Assembly: GCA_041651055.1 (NCBI GenBank)
Contig: JBAZJW010000004.1
Location: forward strand, 2,018-66,017
Direction of reading: 5' to 3'
Origin: Minisyncoccota bacterium
GTDB lineage: Bacteria > Patescibacteriota > Minisyncoccia > Phycocordibacterales > UBA5272
DNA length: 64,000 nucleotides
Made by a program: the position numbers and the translations under genes. This document shows, one piece after another, positions 27,354-37,312 of this stretch. Below the pieces are notes generated by a model. It was not told the DNA's origin. It made no database searches and was given only the letters and a program-made list of their open reading frames with translations. Within the stretch, counting starts at the first letter, position 1. Each line of letters begins with the position of its first letter.

Positions 27354-29613
27354 ACGCCTAGCTATTGTTGGTGAAGCACTAGGCGCAGACGAGGAGGAAC
27401 AAGGTGATTACTTCGTTGGCAAGGCTGGGTTCTTACTTGATAAACTCCTTCGTGAGTGTGGTCTCATCCGTGATGCTATTCATATTACTAATGTTCTTAA
27501 AATACGTCCTCCGGATAACAAAGTACCCAGACTAGGTGAGTTAGGTCTAACCATAGATGACTTCGTCCCATATCTAAAGGAAGAACTCTCACTTGTCAAA
27601 CCTAACATTATCCTTGCATTAGGTGCCCCGGCCATGCAGGTTCTAACTGGCAAAGACGGTATAACCAAATGGCGCGGCTCGACGGTTCCTTGCACTTTAA
27701 TCCCAGGGAACATACCAGTTGTGATCACTCTTCACCCGTCGTATATACAGCGTGGTCAGTGGCACCTATATCCATATGTTAGGCATGACTTTGAAACCTT
27801 TGCAGATATGGGATTTGGGTTGCATAAACAAACCCAACCATTTGAAATGTTGATTGAGCCTACACTAACTCAAATTATGGACTACTTAAACGAAATATAC
27901 GAGACGTCCACTGAAACGTCCATAGACATAGAGACCGTTAACAAGACCCACATCACTTGTGTGGGGTTTACTAAGAATGAGAACTCGGCAATCTGCATAC
28001 CTTTTCGTTCGAAGGGTCTACGTAACCACTGGGCCGAGCATGAGCAACTACTTATACTTGAAGCGATGCGTCGTGTCTATCAGAAACCGGGCCTTGTCAA
28101 GATTGGTCAGAACTTCCTAGACTACGACGCCCATTACCTCTATCCGTTGTTAGGCTTCCCACGTGAACCCCTATTCGACACCCTCTATGCACATCAGTTA
28201 ATTCACGCCGACGCGCGTCATGACCTAGGGTTCATCATAAGTGTCTACACCGACATGCCCTACCATAAAGACGACGCCAAAGACTGGGAATCTAAAAAAC
28301 TCCCACACGATCAAGCCTTGTGGGAATACAACTGTCGTGATACAATAGGCACACACCGTGCTGCACTTAAACTAAGGAGCGACCTACATGAATTGGGACT
28401 CTACGGTTTTCTCACCGGCTACATCATGCCATTCAAACGCGCCCTATTTGAGATGGAGTGGAGAGGAATATACGTTGATCAAGAACTGCGTGGGAGAATG
28501 GCAAAAGACATTGAAGATAACCTTTTACCAGACGCATTGTGGTGCATCGAAGAACTCACAGGTAAAGCTATTAATCCAAACTCATCCAAGCAGGTTGGGG
28601 AGTACCTCAACGACGTCCTCCACATACCCGTTCCAAGGACAGACAAAGGCAACTACACAGTCGATGAGGATAAGTTAGAAGAACTCTTCGCGAGGTTTCC
28701 AAAGCATCGTCGTATCATGGAGATGTTTATATGCACCCGTAAGATGAAGGCTAAGGACTTGGGTACCTATCTCACTGCACCCTTATCAAGTGACGGTCGC
28801 CTACGCACTAGCTTTGGCATAGCTAAAACCGGTAGACTCACCTCTGGTACTAACCACCGTGGCGAGGGCACGAACCTCCAGAACCAGCCCAAGCGATTGC
28901 GCGTGGTTTATAAAGCCGACCCCGGTCGTAAGTTACTATGTCCTGACCTCGTAGGTGCTGAAGCCTTCGTAACTGTCTGGCAATCCGGGGCAAAGAAACT
29001 CAAAGCTGAGATGTTGAAAGGTAAAAAAATCCATGCTATCGTCGCCAACTGGATCACCGGCAAACCCATTAGCGAACTCCCACCCGAAACCTACCGCAAC
29101 ATAAAAGCCTGTGTGCATGGTAGCAACTATAAAATGGGCGTGAACAAATTCGCCAAGACCATAGGCTCAACCGTTGAAGAAGCCAAGCGTGTGCGTGAAC
29201 AATACTTTGCTGTGTTTCCTGAGTTGGCTGGGTATCATGCATGGGTAGAGAATGAAGTTGTCACCAAACGTAAACTCATCACGCCTTATGGACGGGTACG
29301 TATATTCACAGGCGACTTGAAAAAAGACGATATGTATTCTGCTTATTCACAAATTCCACAATCCACTATTGCGGACACAATAAATACAGGGATACTCGGT
29401 CTTTGGTTGGTGAAGCCAGACGATATATACTTACTGCTACAAGTACATGATGAAGTTGTAATAGAGCTACTTCCAGACAGAATTGAGTGGTTCAAACTGT
29501 ACATAGAAGCACATCTATCCAAACTACGCGAACTATGGATTGGAGATGATTATTTAGTTATTCCAGTGGACATAGGTAAGGCTAAGGACAGGTGGTACGG
29601 AGGTGAAAAGTAA
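27274..29613 (+). CDS. polA: DNA polymerase family A with N-terminal uracil-DNA glycosylase and 3'-5' exonuclease domains
   Basis: UDG: VGEALG...FVGKAG...TNVLKIRPPDN...HPS; exo: DIET, GQNFLDYD, YNCRD; pol: TGRLTS, NLQN, DLVGAE, RNIKACVHGSNY, QVHDE; GTG start after GAGGAGG. Confidence 0.9.
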   Translation: MELTTQLDLQSKCSKLKLVLPKSLTHKRLAIVGEALGADEEEQGDYFVGKAGFLLDKLLRECGLIRDAIHITNVLKIRPPDNKVPRLGELGLTIDDFVPYLKEELSLVKPNIILALGAPAMQVLTGKDGITKWRGSTVPCTLIPGNIPVVITLHPSYIQRGQWHLYPYVRHDFETFADMGFGLHKQTQPFEMLIEPTLTQIMDYLNEIYETSTETSIDIETVNKTHITCVGFTKNENSAICIPFRSKGLRNHWAEHEQLLILEAMRRVYQKPGLVKIGQNFLDYDAHYLYPLLGFPREPLFDTLYAHQLIHADARHDLGFIISVYTDMPYHKDDAKDWESKKLPHDQALWEYNCRDTIGTHRAALKLRSDLHELGLYGFLTGYIMPFKRALFEMEWRGIYVDQELRGRMAKDIEDNLLPDALWCIEELTGKAINPNSSKQVGEYLNDVLHIPVPRTDKGNYTVDEDKLEELFARFPKHRRIMEMFICTRKMKAKDLGTYLTAPLSSDGRLRTSFGIAKTGRLTSGTNHRGEGTNLQNQPKRLRVVYKADPGRKLLCPDLVGAEAFVTVWQSGAKKLKAEMLKGKKIHAIVANWITGKPISELPPETYRNIKACVHGSNYKMGVNKFAKTIGSTVEEAKRVREQYFAVFPELAGYHAWVENEVVTKRKLITPYGRVRIFTGDLKKDDMYSAYSQIPQSTIADTINTGILGLWLVKPDDIYLLLQVHDEVVIELLPDRIEWFKLYIEAHLSKLRELWIGDDYLVIPVDIGKAKDRWYGGEK

Positions 29614-29614
29614 C

Positions 29615-30133
29615 ATGAGTGGGTATGCAGAAAACTTACTTGGACGCAGATTTGGTAAGTTAGTGGTGTTAGAAAAAATCAACACACACAAAGTTACTTC
29701 TAGGAGTGCGTGGTGGAAGTGTCAATGTGATTGTGGAAATATAACAGAAGTCGCTGCAAGACACTTAAAAGCTAAACTCAAACCTAAAACAGACTGCGGT
29801 TGTGTTAAGGGATACTCAAAAAGTGGCACGTATATATCGTATAGAAGTATGAGAAATAGATGTCTGAATAAAAACTCACCAGACTATCCTAAATACGGAG
29901 GTCGTGGGATAACTGTCTGTGGACGGTGGTTAGACAGCTTTGAAAACTTTTCGAAAGATATGGGTCCACGTCCAATAGGAACGACGTTAGATAGGAAAGA
30001 TAAGTTAGGGAACTATGAACCATCAAATTGTAAATGGTCAACATACCACGAGCAAACATTAAACAGGAGTACGTCACTAATTTCAAAAGAAGAACTGGAT
30101 CGCTTAAATAAGACACTTGGTTTTGTCAAGTAG
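29615..30133 (+). CDS. HNH-family homing endonuclease-like protein
   Basis: GRRFGKLVV, CQCDCG, YGGRGITVC, TLDRKDKLGNYEPSNCKW. Confidence 0.85.
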   Translation: MSGYAENLLGRRFGKLVVLEKINTHKVTSRSAWWKCQCDCGNITEVAARHLKAKLKPKTDCGCVKGYSKSGTYISYRSMRNRCLNKNSPDYPKYGGRGITVCGRWLDSFENFSKDMGPRPIGTTLDRKDKLGNYEPSNCKWSTYHEQTLNRSTSLISKEELDRLNKTLGFVK

Positions 30134-30141
30134 GAGGTCAT

Positions 30142-30465
30142 ATGCCACAATTTTATCCACCCACACCAGAAGAACAACAAAGGATGCACAACATAATCAC
30201 AGCAGTCTTAGATCAACTCTATCCACGTGATAAAATTACCTTACTCAATCGTGACGAAACCTACCACTTATGCAACCTGGTAAGTGAAGTCACAGGCCAC
30301 ATACAAGAATACTCCAACTTAGTTTGGAGTCACTTCAACCACTTAAACAAACCAACCGTTGATCCGAGTCATGAAGTGTTGTTACGTAAGCTAGAACGTG
30401 CGTTGAATAACCGTGGACTAGATATTAACAACCTAATCAATTCATTAAATGAAGGGAGTAAGTGA
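30142..30465 (+). CDS. Hypothetical protein
   Basis: SD AGGAGG. Confidence 0.6.
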   Translation: MPQFYPPTPEEQQRMHNIITAVLDQLYPRDKITLLNRDETYHLCNLVSEVTGHIQEYSNLVWSHFNHLNKPTVDPSHEVLLRKLERALNNRGLDINNLINSLNEGSK

Positions 30466-30641
30466 TGACCGACCAATTACATGATTTCTATGTCAAAGGT
30501 TCAGATGGTGTTGTGTATCGTGCCATCTACGCACTAGATAACGACTTCTATCTAGTATGCAACACCAACGTCGACGTCACCGATATGCCAGTTCCAGTGT
30601 ATGTAATCCGAGGTGAGAAAGTAGAGGACTTCAACGCATGA
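30465..30641 (+). CDS. Hypothetical 58-aa protein
   Basis: Hand-called, coupled at both ends (TGATG, ATGA). Confidence 0.5.
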   Translation: MTDQLHDFYVKGSDGVVYRAIYALDNDFYLVCNTNVDVTDMPVPVYVIRGEKVEDFNA

Positions 30642-30862
30642 CCACCTTCGACCTCATAACCTGGGGTTTAAACCTAGGAGCACTCATTGGCGTGATACTT
30701 AACATTAAGCATCGCCGTGAGTGCTTCTATTTTTGGTTTGTTACTAACGCTGGTTGGTGTATCGTTGACTACTACAAAGGCATCTACGCTCAAGCAGCAC
30801 TATTTTTCGTCTACTGGTTACTCGCAATCTGGGGTATCTTCGCCTGGAGGTCTAAGTCCTAA
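30638..30862 (+). CDS. Small PnuC-like 3-TM membrane protein
   Basis: LIGVILNI...CFYFWFVTN..W...GIYAQAALF.VY..LAIWG. Confidence 0.6.
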   Translation: MTTFDLITWGLNLGALIGVILNIKHRRECFYFWFVTNAGWCIVDYYKGIYAQAALFFVYWLLAIWGIFAWRSKS

Positions 30863-32046
30863 TGCCACGTAAATGCTCCCCGTCGTTTATGGAATCCTAC
30901 CTCGAATACACCCGTTACCAGGAGTCTCCCGCACGGTTCCATTCATGGACCTCACTCTATGCTATATCGTCGGCGGTGAAACGTAACGTCTATATAGACA
31001 AATTCTACTACCGCCTATACCCTAATCTCTACATTGCACTCGTTGGTCCCAGTGCTGCTGTCAAAAAAACCACCGCCGCAGATATAGCAGCAGGGTTAAT
31101 TGAGACCCTACCAAAGATTCTATTTCTCAAAGGTAAAGTCACCGCTTGGGAGTTTTTCCACGAACTTGGCAATGCCACTAAAATCGGAGACGCGGCCGCG
31201 AGTATCTATTCACCAGAAGCTAAAAACTTATTTGGTGACCTAGGTAAGATAGAACTAGTCACGATGCTAACTGACCTCTATGGCTCACCAAGCTCATTTA
31301 CATATCGCACTCTCAAGCACGGTACCATAAACATCAAAAACGTCTGCATCAACCTAATGATCTGCTCTACACCCGAATGGCTCATAACAGGTACCACCAC
31401 TGATGAGATCGCAGGTGGTTGGACAGGACGATTCGTATACATTTTTGAAGAAACCTGTGACCGTAGTATAGCCTTCCCAGAAGACTTCATCACGCCTGAG
31501 TTGCAACAAGTCAAACAAGACCTCATAGAGGACTTGCTAGACATCTCTCAGGCCAGTGGAGAATTCGTCATAACTCCACAGGCCAAGGCTGAGTATCTAA
31601 TTTGGTACAACTCCCGCAAGTCCGAATGGAAAGACGAACGTCTTATGGGCTACTATGGACGCAAAGCTGACCTAGTTTGGAAAATCGCTATGTTGATCTC
31701 ACTCTCACGTGATAACTCACTCGTTATTAACGAAGAGATACTAGCCTATGCTTGGGGTATGTTAAAAGACATAGAAGGTAGTATGGGTAAAGCCCTTGCG
31801 CATGTTATTGATGACCCCGCACTAAGATACAAAGATTCTGTAGTGTCATATATTGTTAACCAACCTGGACATCGTGCAACTAGAGTAGCTATTCTAAAGA
31901 AATTTTGGAACAGATTTGATTCAGATATGTTAGATAGAATTATACGAAATGCTCTGGAGTGTAGAACTATTAAACAGTATAGTGTTCACCAAGGCAAGAC
32001 CTCAGACATAATGTATGAAATTAACGAAGACCCGATTAATCCATAA
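30862..32046 (+). CDS. DUF3987-like P-loop protein (putative replicative helicase)
   Basis: ESPARFHSW, YPNLYIALVGPSAAVKKTT, STPEWL, GGWTGRF. Confidence 0.7.
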   Translation: MPRKCSPSFMESYLEYTRYQESPARFHSWTSLYAISSAVKRNVYIDKFYYRLYPNLYIALVGPSAAVKKTTAADIAAGLIETLPKILFLKGKVTAWEFFHELGNATKIGDAAASIYSPEAKNLFGDLGKIELVTMLTDLYGSPSSFTYRTLKHGTINIKNVCINLMICSTPEWLITGTTTDEIAGGWTGRFVYIFEETCDRSIAFPEDFITPELQQVKQDLIEDLLDISQASGEFVITPQAKAEYLIWYNSRKSEWKDERLMGYYGRKADLVWKIAMLISLSRDNSLVINEEILAYAWGMLKDIEGSMGKALAHVIDDPALRYKDSVVSYIVNQPGHRATRVAILKKFWNRFDSDMLDRIIRNALECRTIKQYSVHQGKTSDIMYEINEDPINP

Positions 32047-32057
32047 GGAGAAATGTT

Positions 32058-32585
32058 GTGAACAAAATACCAGACTTAATAGGACAACGATTCGGCAAAT
32101 TGGTTGTAATAAGTTTTCATGGTTTAAATAAACAGAATAAATCTATGTGGGAATGTATCTGTGATTGTGGTAAACATAAAGTTATACGTGGTTCTTTACT
32201 ACGTTATGGAACATCACAGAGTTGCGGTTGTTTACGTACTAAAAGTGTGACCAAACATGGATTATGGGGTAGTCCCACCTATTCTAGTTGGCATGGTATG
32301 AAACAACGTTGCGCTAATCCAAACAGAGACGTTTATAAGGACTATGGTGGTAGAGGAATTACTATGTGTGAGCGTTGGAACAAGTTTGAAAAATTTTTAG
32401 AGGATATGGGAGAGTGTCCTAAAGGATTAACCCTAGATAGAATAGACAACAACGGTAATTATGAACCCGGTAATTGTCGATGGGTGTCGATGTTAGAACA
32501 AACATACAACAGGAGAAAGAATAACACATTAACCATTGATGAAACTAAGAAGCTCTACCATAATTTTGGTATAAAAGGTTACTAG
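32058..32585 (+). CDS. HNH-family homing endonuclease-like protein
   Basis: GQRFGKLVV, CICDCG, SCGC, YGGRGI, TLDRIDNNGNYEPGNCRW. Confidence 0.85.
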   Translation: MNKIPDLIGQRFGKLVVISFHGLNKQNKSMWECICDCGKHKVIRGSLLRYGTSQSCGCLRTKSVTKHGLWGSPTYSSWHGMKQRCANPNRDVYKDYGGRGITMCERWNKFEKFLEDMGECPKGLTLDRIDNNGNYEPGNCRWVSMLEQTYNRRKNNTLTIDETKKLYHNFGIKGY

Positions 32586-32613
32586 ATTCTTCGTTGGAAC
32601 CATAGGAGGACTT

Positions 32614-32976
32614 ATGACCCTAGAAACCCGGCCCGAAACGCTCATGGGCAAGACTCATAGGATTCGCACAGGATACGGATGGCTATACGTAACCATTAAT
32701 GAACTAGACTCCAAACCCGTAGAAGTCTTTGCCACCATAGGTAAAAGTGGCGCATCCATTATGGCAAAAGCCGAAATCGTTGGACGCTTCGTATCGCTAT
32801 GCCTACGCTACGACATCCCTCTCAAAGAAATAATCGACCAACTCATAGACGTCTCAGGCTCGGAGCAACTCCCTGTAGGCGACACAGTTATCAAATCCAT
32901 ACCTGATGCAGTAGGTAAGTTACTCCATCACTTGTACATAAAAACTCCACCCAAACAACAAGTGGAGTCTCTATGA
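32614..32976 (+). CDS. Stand-alone TSCPD domain (class II RNR C-terminal-like)
   Basis: RPETLMGKT..IRTGYG.LYVTIN...PVEVF..IGKSG...SIPDAVG. Confidence 0.75.
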   Translation: MTLETRPETLMGKTHRIRTGYGWLYVTINELDSKPVEVFATIGKSGASIMAKAEIVGRFVSLCLRYDIPLKEIIDQLIDVSGSEQLPVGDTVIKSIPDAVGKLLHHLYIKTPPKQQVESL

Positions 32977-33034
32977 AACTATTAGGCTTTATAGTCTACT
33001 TCATAATCATAGCGTTTCTTATAGCTATATGGAG

Positions 33035-36000
33035 TTACCAATGACGTGCGTTGGGTGGTTTCTTAGCGTCTATCGTCCGCTTACCAGCCAGCCACGTCCA
33101 GGGTGGTTCACCCCTGGCTGACTCCCTACCAATTTTCGTAGCCTGCGCTGTCCCAGGTACCCCAAACCCCTTAGCAGCTAACTCAGCAGACTTAGCCGTG
33201 AAAATGTCACCCTTATATAACTGTCTAACCGCTTCCTCACCAAACTTCACCGCAGGTCCGAACGGAGTTTGACCATATCTAATCCCACCACCTATCACCG
33301 GGACATTCTCAAGTAGCTCCTTAGCCATCTGCCAACTAGCACTAGGCAAGGACTCTCCTTCTTCCAACGCTTCAGCAGCAGCCCGAAGTGGCGTAGGGAA
33401 CGGTGAATTCATACCCATGAAGTCTTCATACAGCATATTAATCAACGTCGTAGACACAATATACTTCCCTAACTTCTCAAACCTCTCCTTGGAGTTAATT
33501 CTCGGATTACCCATCCCTAGTACGTCCCGGATGAAAAAATTCCAGTCATTAATTACAAACGTCTGCAGCAACGTCAACATCCTACCTTCTTGACTCCGCT
33601 GAATCTTAGCAATATCACTCGGTGCCCCGGACGCTTGGGTCTTAACCACTACATCATCAGCATAGTTAGCTGCTTTACTCTTACTCAACCCATCAGCCAT
33701 ACCTTTTCTATATGCACCTCTCCATGTAGTCCACGCGGTTGCAATATCTAACCACTGAATAGGCTTCATACCAGCTTTACCAATGACTTGCTTAGTCTGA
33801 CCTATCCTCCCGCCTCTTATGGCATCGAACGCCTGTTGCATAGACACATCATAAGCTCTACCTAACAATACGTTAGACCTACCAAACGGTTCACGCCAGA
33901 GTCGCCTATTGCCGATTGACTCAATTAAGTCTCTCACCCCTTGAAAGGTATGTTTGACTCCTATCTCTGGTATCGTGTTTCTCAACGCACTAAACTGTAT
34001 CAACATGGTTCTCAAATTATAACTAAGCAACGCAAACGTCATGTTTCTATTCAACGCCATGATAGCTCTAGCAACGTTACCATGTAGCAACACCGTGCCT
34101 TGTTGTATACCTGTTTGATATGTCAACCAATCATTCACATACTTATAGAAGTTAGGATGTGTTTGGGACAACTGCCATTTATCACCCGTCGCGGCGTCTT
34201 GGAAAATCCCACTCAACTCTCTAATCTTAGCAATCCTTGGACTCATGTGGATATGTTTAACTGCCTGAGGTAGATACTTCTCCATAATCGTGAAGGCATC
34301 CAGCTCAAGTGGTAGCAACTCCTTACCTCTATGCTTAGCATACTTAAACGGTGTCGCAGTAGGATGAATGAACCGCTCAAGTGTGTCCAACCCCTGGGTC
34401 ATGGGGTTCATACCTAGGTTCTCTAACTTACTAAAATCATGCATAAAGGTGAAGTAGTTTTCAACCTTCGGAAACGGGGCATGACCACTAGCAACCCTAG
34501 CTGCGTTTAATCTTAGGTAAAACTCATCCAGCTTCTCACGCATCAACTTATAAACCTGCATCTCACTATCACTCAGCTTAGGTACCTCTGTTATACCCAT
34601 AGCTTTCAACCGTTCTAACCCATCATTATACCAAACCATTTGTTTACTTTTGGGATCACGTATATATGATCTCTGTTGCGCAATAGCATACGTCCCGATT
34701 CGTTTCCTAGCGTTGTAGTCAATCATCTCACGGAGGGTTTGCATCCACTTATCAACCGTCCTGCGCTCGACTGCTACAGCATGTTCACCTTCCTTAATGG
34801 GTCTATAAAATAGTTCCTTAGCCTCTGGTCCGGCGTATTCAAACACCCGTATAGGATTCTCAAATAACTCCCTATACGTACTCATAGGTATCTCATTCAA
34901 ATTTTGAGCTATGTTACGCTCTAGACCCTTGACCTCAGGTGCGTATAACTTCTTACCCTTGAACGTAATCGTCCTGCGTTTCTTAACCGTCTCGTTCCAG
35001 TCAGTCGTGAACAACTTCTCATTAGGTATCTGCTTCTGAAACGGGGTTTTCATTTGAGACTCGGCACGTATAATTTTGATCCTGTCAACTAAATCATCAA
35101 ACATCTTCTGGAACCCTAACATATCCAACGTAACCGTAGGCACTTCCTGAGCCTGTCCAAGCCTAACCAAGTCATCCATGCCCATAGACTTAAATCTTAG
35201 TTTACCTTTGTCCTCACTTAGATACGACACCCACATCTTATTCTTAATGTTAGGATCAGGCACGATACCTACTATCGTCCCAAACCCAGGTACTTTATCA
35301 CCCTTCTTGACCGACCTAAACGTCTTCCCAGGTACCACTGCAGTGGCTTTTTCTTCTTGTGTTAATCCAACGCTTGGTCTCTCAACAGACACCCCAACAT
35401 CTGCTAAGTCATCAAATATATCACTCTCACCTTCAGCTACTCTCATCCCAGGTTCCGGGGCTTCTACGTCTGATTTGGGGCGTATCACTTGAGTACCCTT
35501 AGTAGGTGTGACAGGTGGACTAGGCTCAACCTTAGGTGCAACTTTAACTTCTGCCTTAACTGGAGGTGCTTTTTTCTCAACAACCGGTGGCTTAACCTTC
35601 GTAGCTACTGTTTTTCCTTCCTGCACCAACGGCTCAGTAAACTGTCCACTCCCTAAGGTCTTCTCCAAGTCCGGCATCGCAGCTTTTAGTGTTCTCCCAA
35701 CCGCACTATCCTCAGCCTCTATAACCTTTAATGCACTCAACGTGTCAGTAGGCCCAAACACTTCCTTAGCTGCTTGTACCAACACACCCAAATCAAACGT
35801 CTCAACCTCTGTACCCGGCACCCCTCTAGCAAAAGACTTATTCAACATATTCACGAACGTTCCATACAACTCATCTTGCTTCTGTTGTGCTACCTTCATA
35901 TCCCCATACGAAGGCATCCCTAACCTCTTTCTAACCTGATTAATAAACCCCAAGGCACTTACACCACTACTCTTAGCCAAGTGACCCTCAGCTACATACC

Positions 36001-37312
36001 TTTCTTTCCTAACCCTAGCAGCTTCCATTATACGTTTAGCCGCTTCAGGTATTGTAGCTGGCTCATTAGGTATTGCGGTTCCCATCGTAGCCTTAGGTGC
36101 AACATCACCACCGGTCACTACGGGTTGTGTTCTGCCTAATGTCTCGGCCTGTGGTATGCCAACCTTCAAGTCCATTCCTAGCGTTGGCGCGATACTCTCA
36201 CCTTCTACAATCCCACCAGCAGGTACCGGCTTAGGTGGTACTCCCTTAATATCAGGCATCGTCGCGCCTTGCATCACAACACCACCACTTCTACCAACTT
36301 CTGATGACGGTACCTGAACCTTAGACAACGACTCACCTTCTACGATGCCACCCTTGTCAACGTTTTTAATCTCAGGTTGATAGTTAACCTGTCTACCTGC
36401 ACCCGGTTGTATATTCTGCCACGTCGCGCCTTCTTTGATACCCCACAACCTAGCATCATACGCCTTTCTAAGAGTGTGCGCGATCTTACGCTTCATATGT
36501 ACATCATCTAACTCACTCAAATACTTAATCTGATCCATCACATGTGGAGGTATCTCACCCACGAACCCTTTAGGTACCTTTAACTTAGCCAGTTGTGCAG
36601 CCGGTACCAACGCCATAGAAGGATCAGTTATAACTTCCATTATCAACTTAATACTCGGCGCGAGTCGCTTGGCCCAGACTTTAGAATCCTTAACTCCTAT
36701 CTCCTCAAACCCGGCTTCTAAGTCCTGGTCAATAGTCTTACCCATGTGCATCTTGTAGTAGTCTTCAAACGTCACACCCCATTTGCCAGGTGTTGAGATG
36801 CTCTCTAACGTACTCACGAACCCGGCCCCCATTCTAACAGCGATCTGCTGCCAATACGGCATCTTCCAAAACTGTTGTGGATCATACGTCTCAGCAGACA
36901 TATACCCCAACATAAACGGCTGACCAGTCATAGCATTTAACGTACCCAATCCTACTCCTGCTGTCCTAGATGCTACCTTCAACGCACCCACACCAGCTTC
37001 AGCCATAGGTGATAGTGGTTCTTTAACTGCTAGGCTATTCAAGTAACTATCAAAATTAGACTTCCCTTGAGGTTGCTCCTTAATCTCTAACCTATTCATT
37101 GCACTTATGAAGTTTCCTTCGTTGTCTGGACTAGCCTCTAAATAACCACGTGTCTTATCGGCTAATTTTAAGTCACTCATTGGATCGGTTCCAAGTTCAT
37201 ACGCACGTCTATGTTCAGTCGTTAACTGTTCAAGCTCATTCGTGGCAGTGAGTGGTTGGACCGTTACTGGTGTTACACCAATACTACTCCAATCGCGTTG
37301 TGCACTTACCAT
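33035..37312 (-). CDS. Large internal virion / DNA ejection protein
   Basis: 1425 aa, last gene of structural arm; helical C-terminus (AANYADDVVVKTQ...LLQTF) typical of podovirus ejection proteins. Confidence 0.65.
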   Translation of the reverse strand: MVSAQRDWSSIGVTPVTVQPLTATNELEQLTTEHRRAYELGTDPMSDLKLADKTRGYLEASPDNEGNFISAMNRLEIKEQPQGKSNFDSYLNSLAVKEPLSPMAEAGVGALKVASRTAGVGLGTLNAMTGQPFMLGYMSAETYDPQQFWKMPYWQQIAVRMGAGFVSTLESISTPGKWGVTFEDYYKMHMGKTIDQDLEAGFEEIGVKDSKVWAKRLAPSIKLIMEVITDPSMALVPAAQLAKLKVPKGFVGEIPPHVMDQIKYLSELDDVHMKRKIAHTLRKAYDARLWGIKEGATWQNIQPGAGRQVNYQPEIKNVDKGGIVEGESLSKVQVPSSEVGRSGGVVMQGATMPDIKGVPPKPVPAGGIVEGESIAPTLGMDLKVGIPQAETLGRTQPVVTGGDVAPKATMGTAIPNEPATIPEAAKRIMEAARVRKERYVAEGHLAKSSGVSALGFINQVRKRLGMPSYGDMKVAQQKQDELYGTFVNMLNKSFARGVPGTEVETFDLGVLVQAAKEVFGPTDTLSALKVIEAEDSAVGRTLKAAMPDLEKTLGSGQFTEPLVQEGKTVATKVKPPVVEKKAPPVKAEVKVAPKVEPSPPVTPTKGTQVIRPKSDVEAPEPGMRVAEGESDIFDDLADVGVSVERPSVGLTQEEKATAVVPGKTFRSVKKGDKVPGFGTIVGIVPDPNIKNKMWVSYLSEDKGKLRFKSMGMDDLVRLGQAQEVPTVTLDMLGFQKMFDDLVDRIKIIRAESQMKTPFQKQIPNEKLFTTDWNETVKKRRTITFKGKKLYAPEVKGLERNIAQNLNEIPMSTYRELFENPIRVFEYAGPEAKELFYRPIKEGEHAVAVERRTVDKWMQTLREMIDYNARKRIGTYAIAQQRSYIRDPKSKQMVWYNDGLERLKAMGITEVPKLSDSEMQVYKLMREKLDEFYLRLNAARVASGHAPFPKVENYFTFMHDFSKLENLGMNPMTQGLDTLERFIHPTATPFKYAKHRGKELLPLELDAFTIMEKYLPQAVKHIHMSPRIAKIRELSGIFQDAATGDKWQLSQTHPNFYKYVNDWLTYQTGIQQGTVLLHGNVARAIMALNRNMTFALLSYNLRTMLIQFSALRNTIPEIGVKHTFQGVRDLIESIGNRRLWREPFGRSNVLLGRAYDVSMQQAFDAIRGGRIGQTKQVIGKAGMKPIQWLDIATAWTTWRGAYRKGMADGLSKSKAANYADDVVVKTQASGAPSDIAKIQRSQEGRMLTLLQTFVINDWNFFIRDVLGMGNPRINSKERFEKLGKYIVSTTLINMLYEDFMGMNSPFPTPLRAAAEALEEGESLPSASWQMAKELLENVPVIGGGIRYGQTPFGPAVKFGEEAVRQLYKGDIFTAKSAELAAKGFGVPGTAQATKIGRESARGEPPWTWLAGKRTIDAKKPPNARHW

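Noticed and set aside
32973-33044. Terminator at the convergence of the two arms
   Set aside because: No hairpin found; only a possible 23-aa hydrophobic ORF overlapping the opposite gene end, too weak to call
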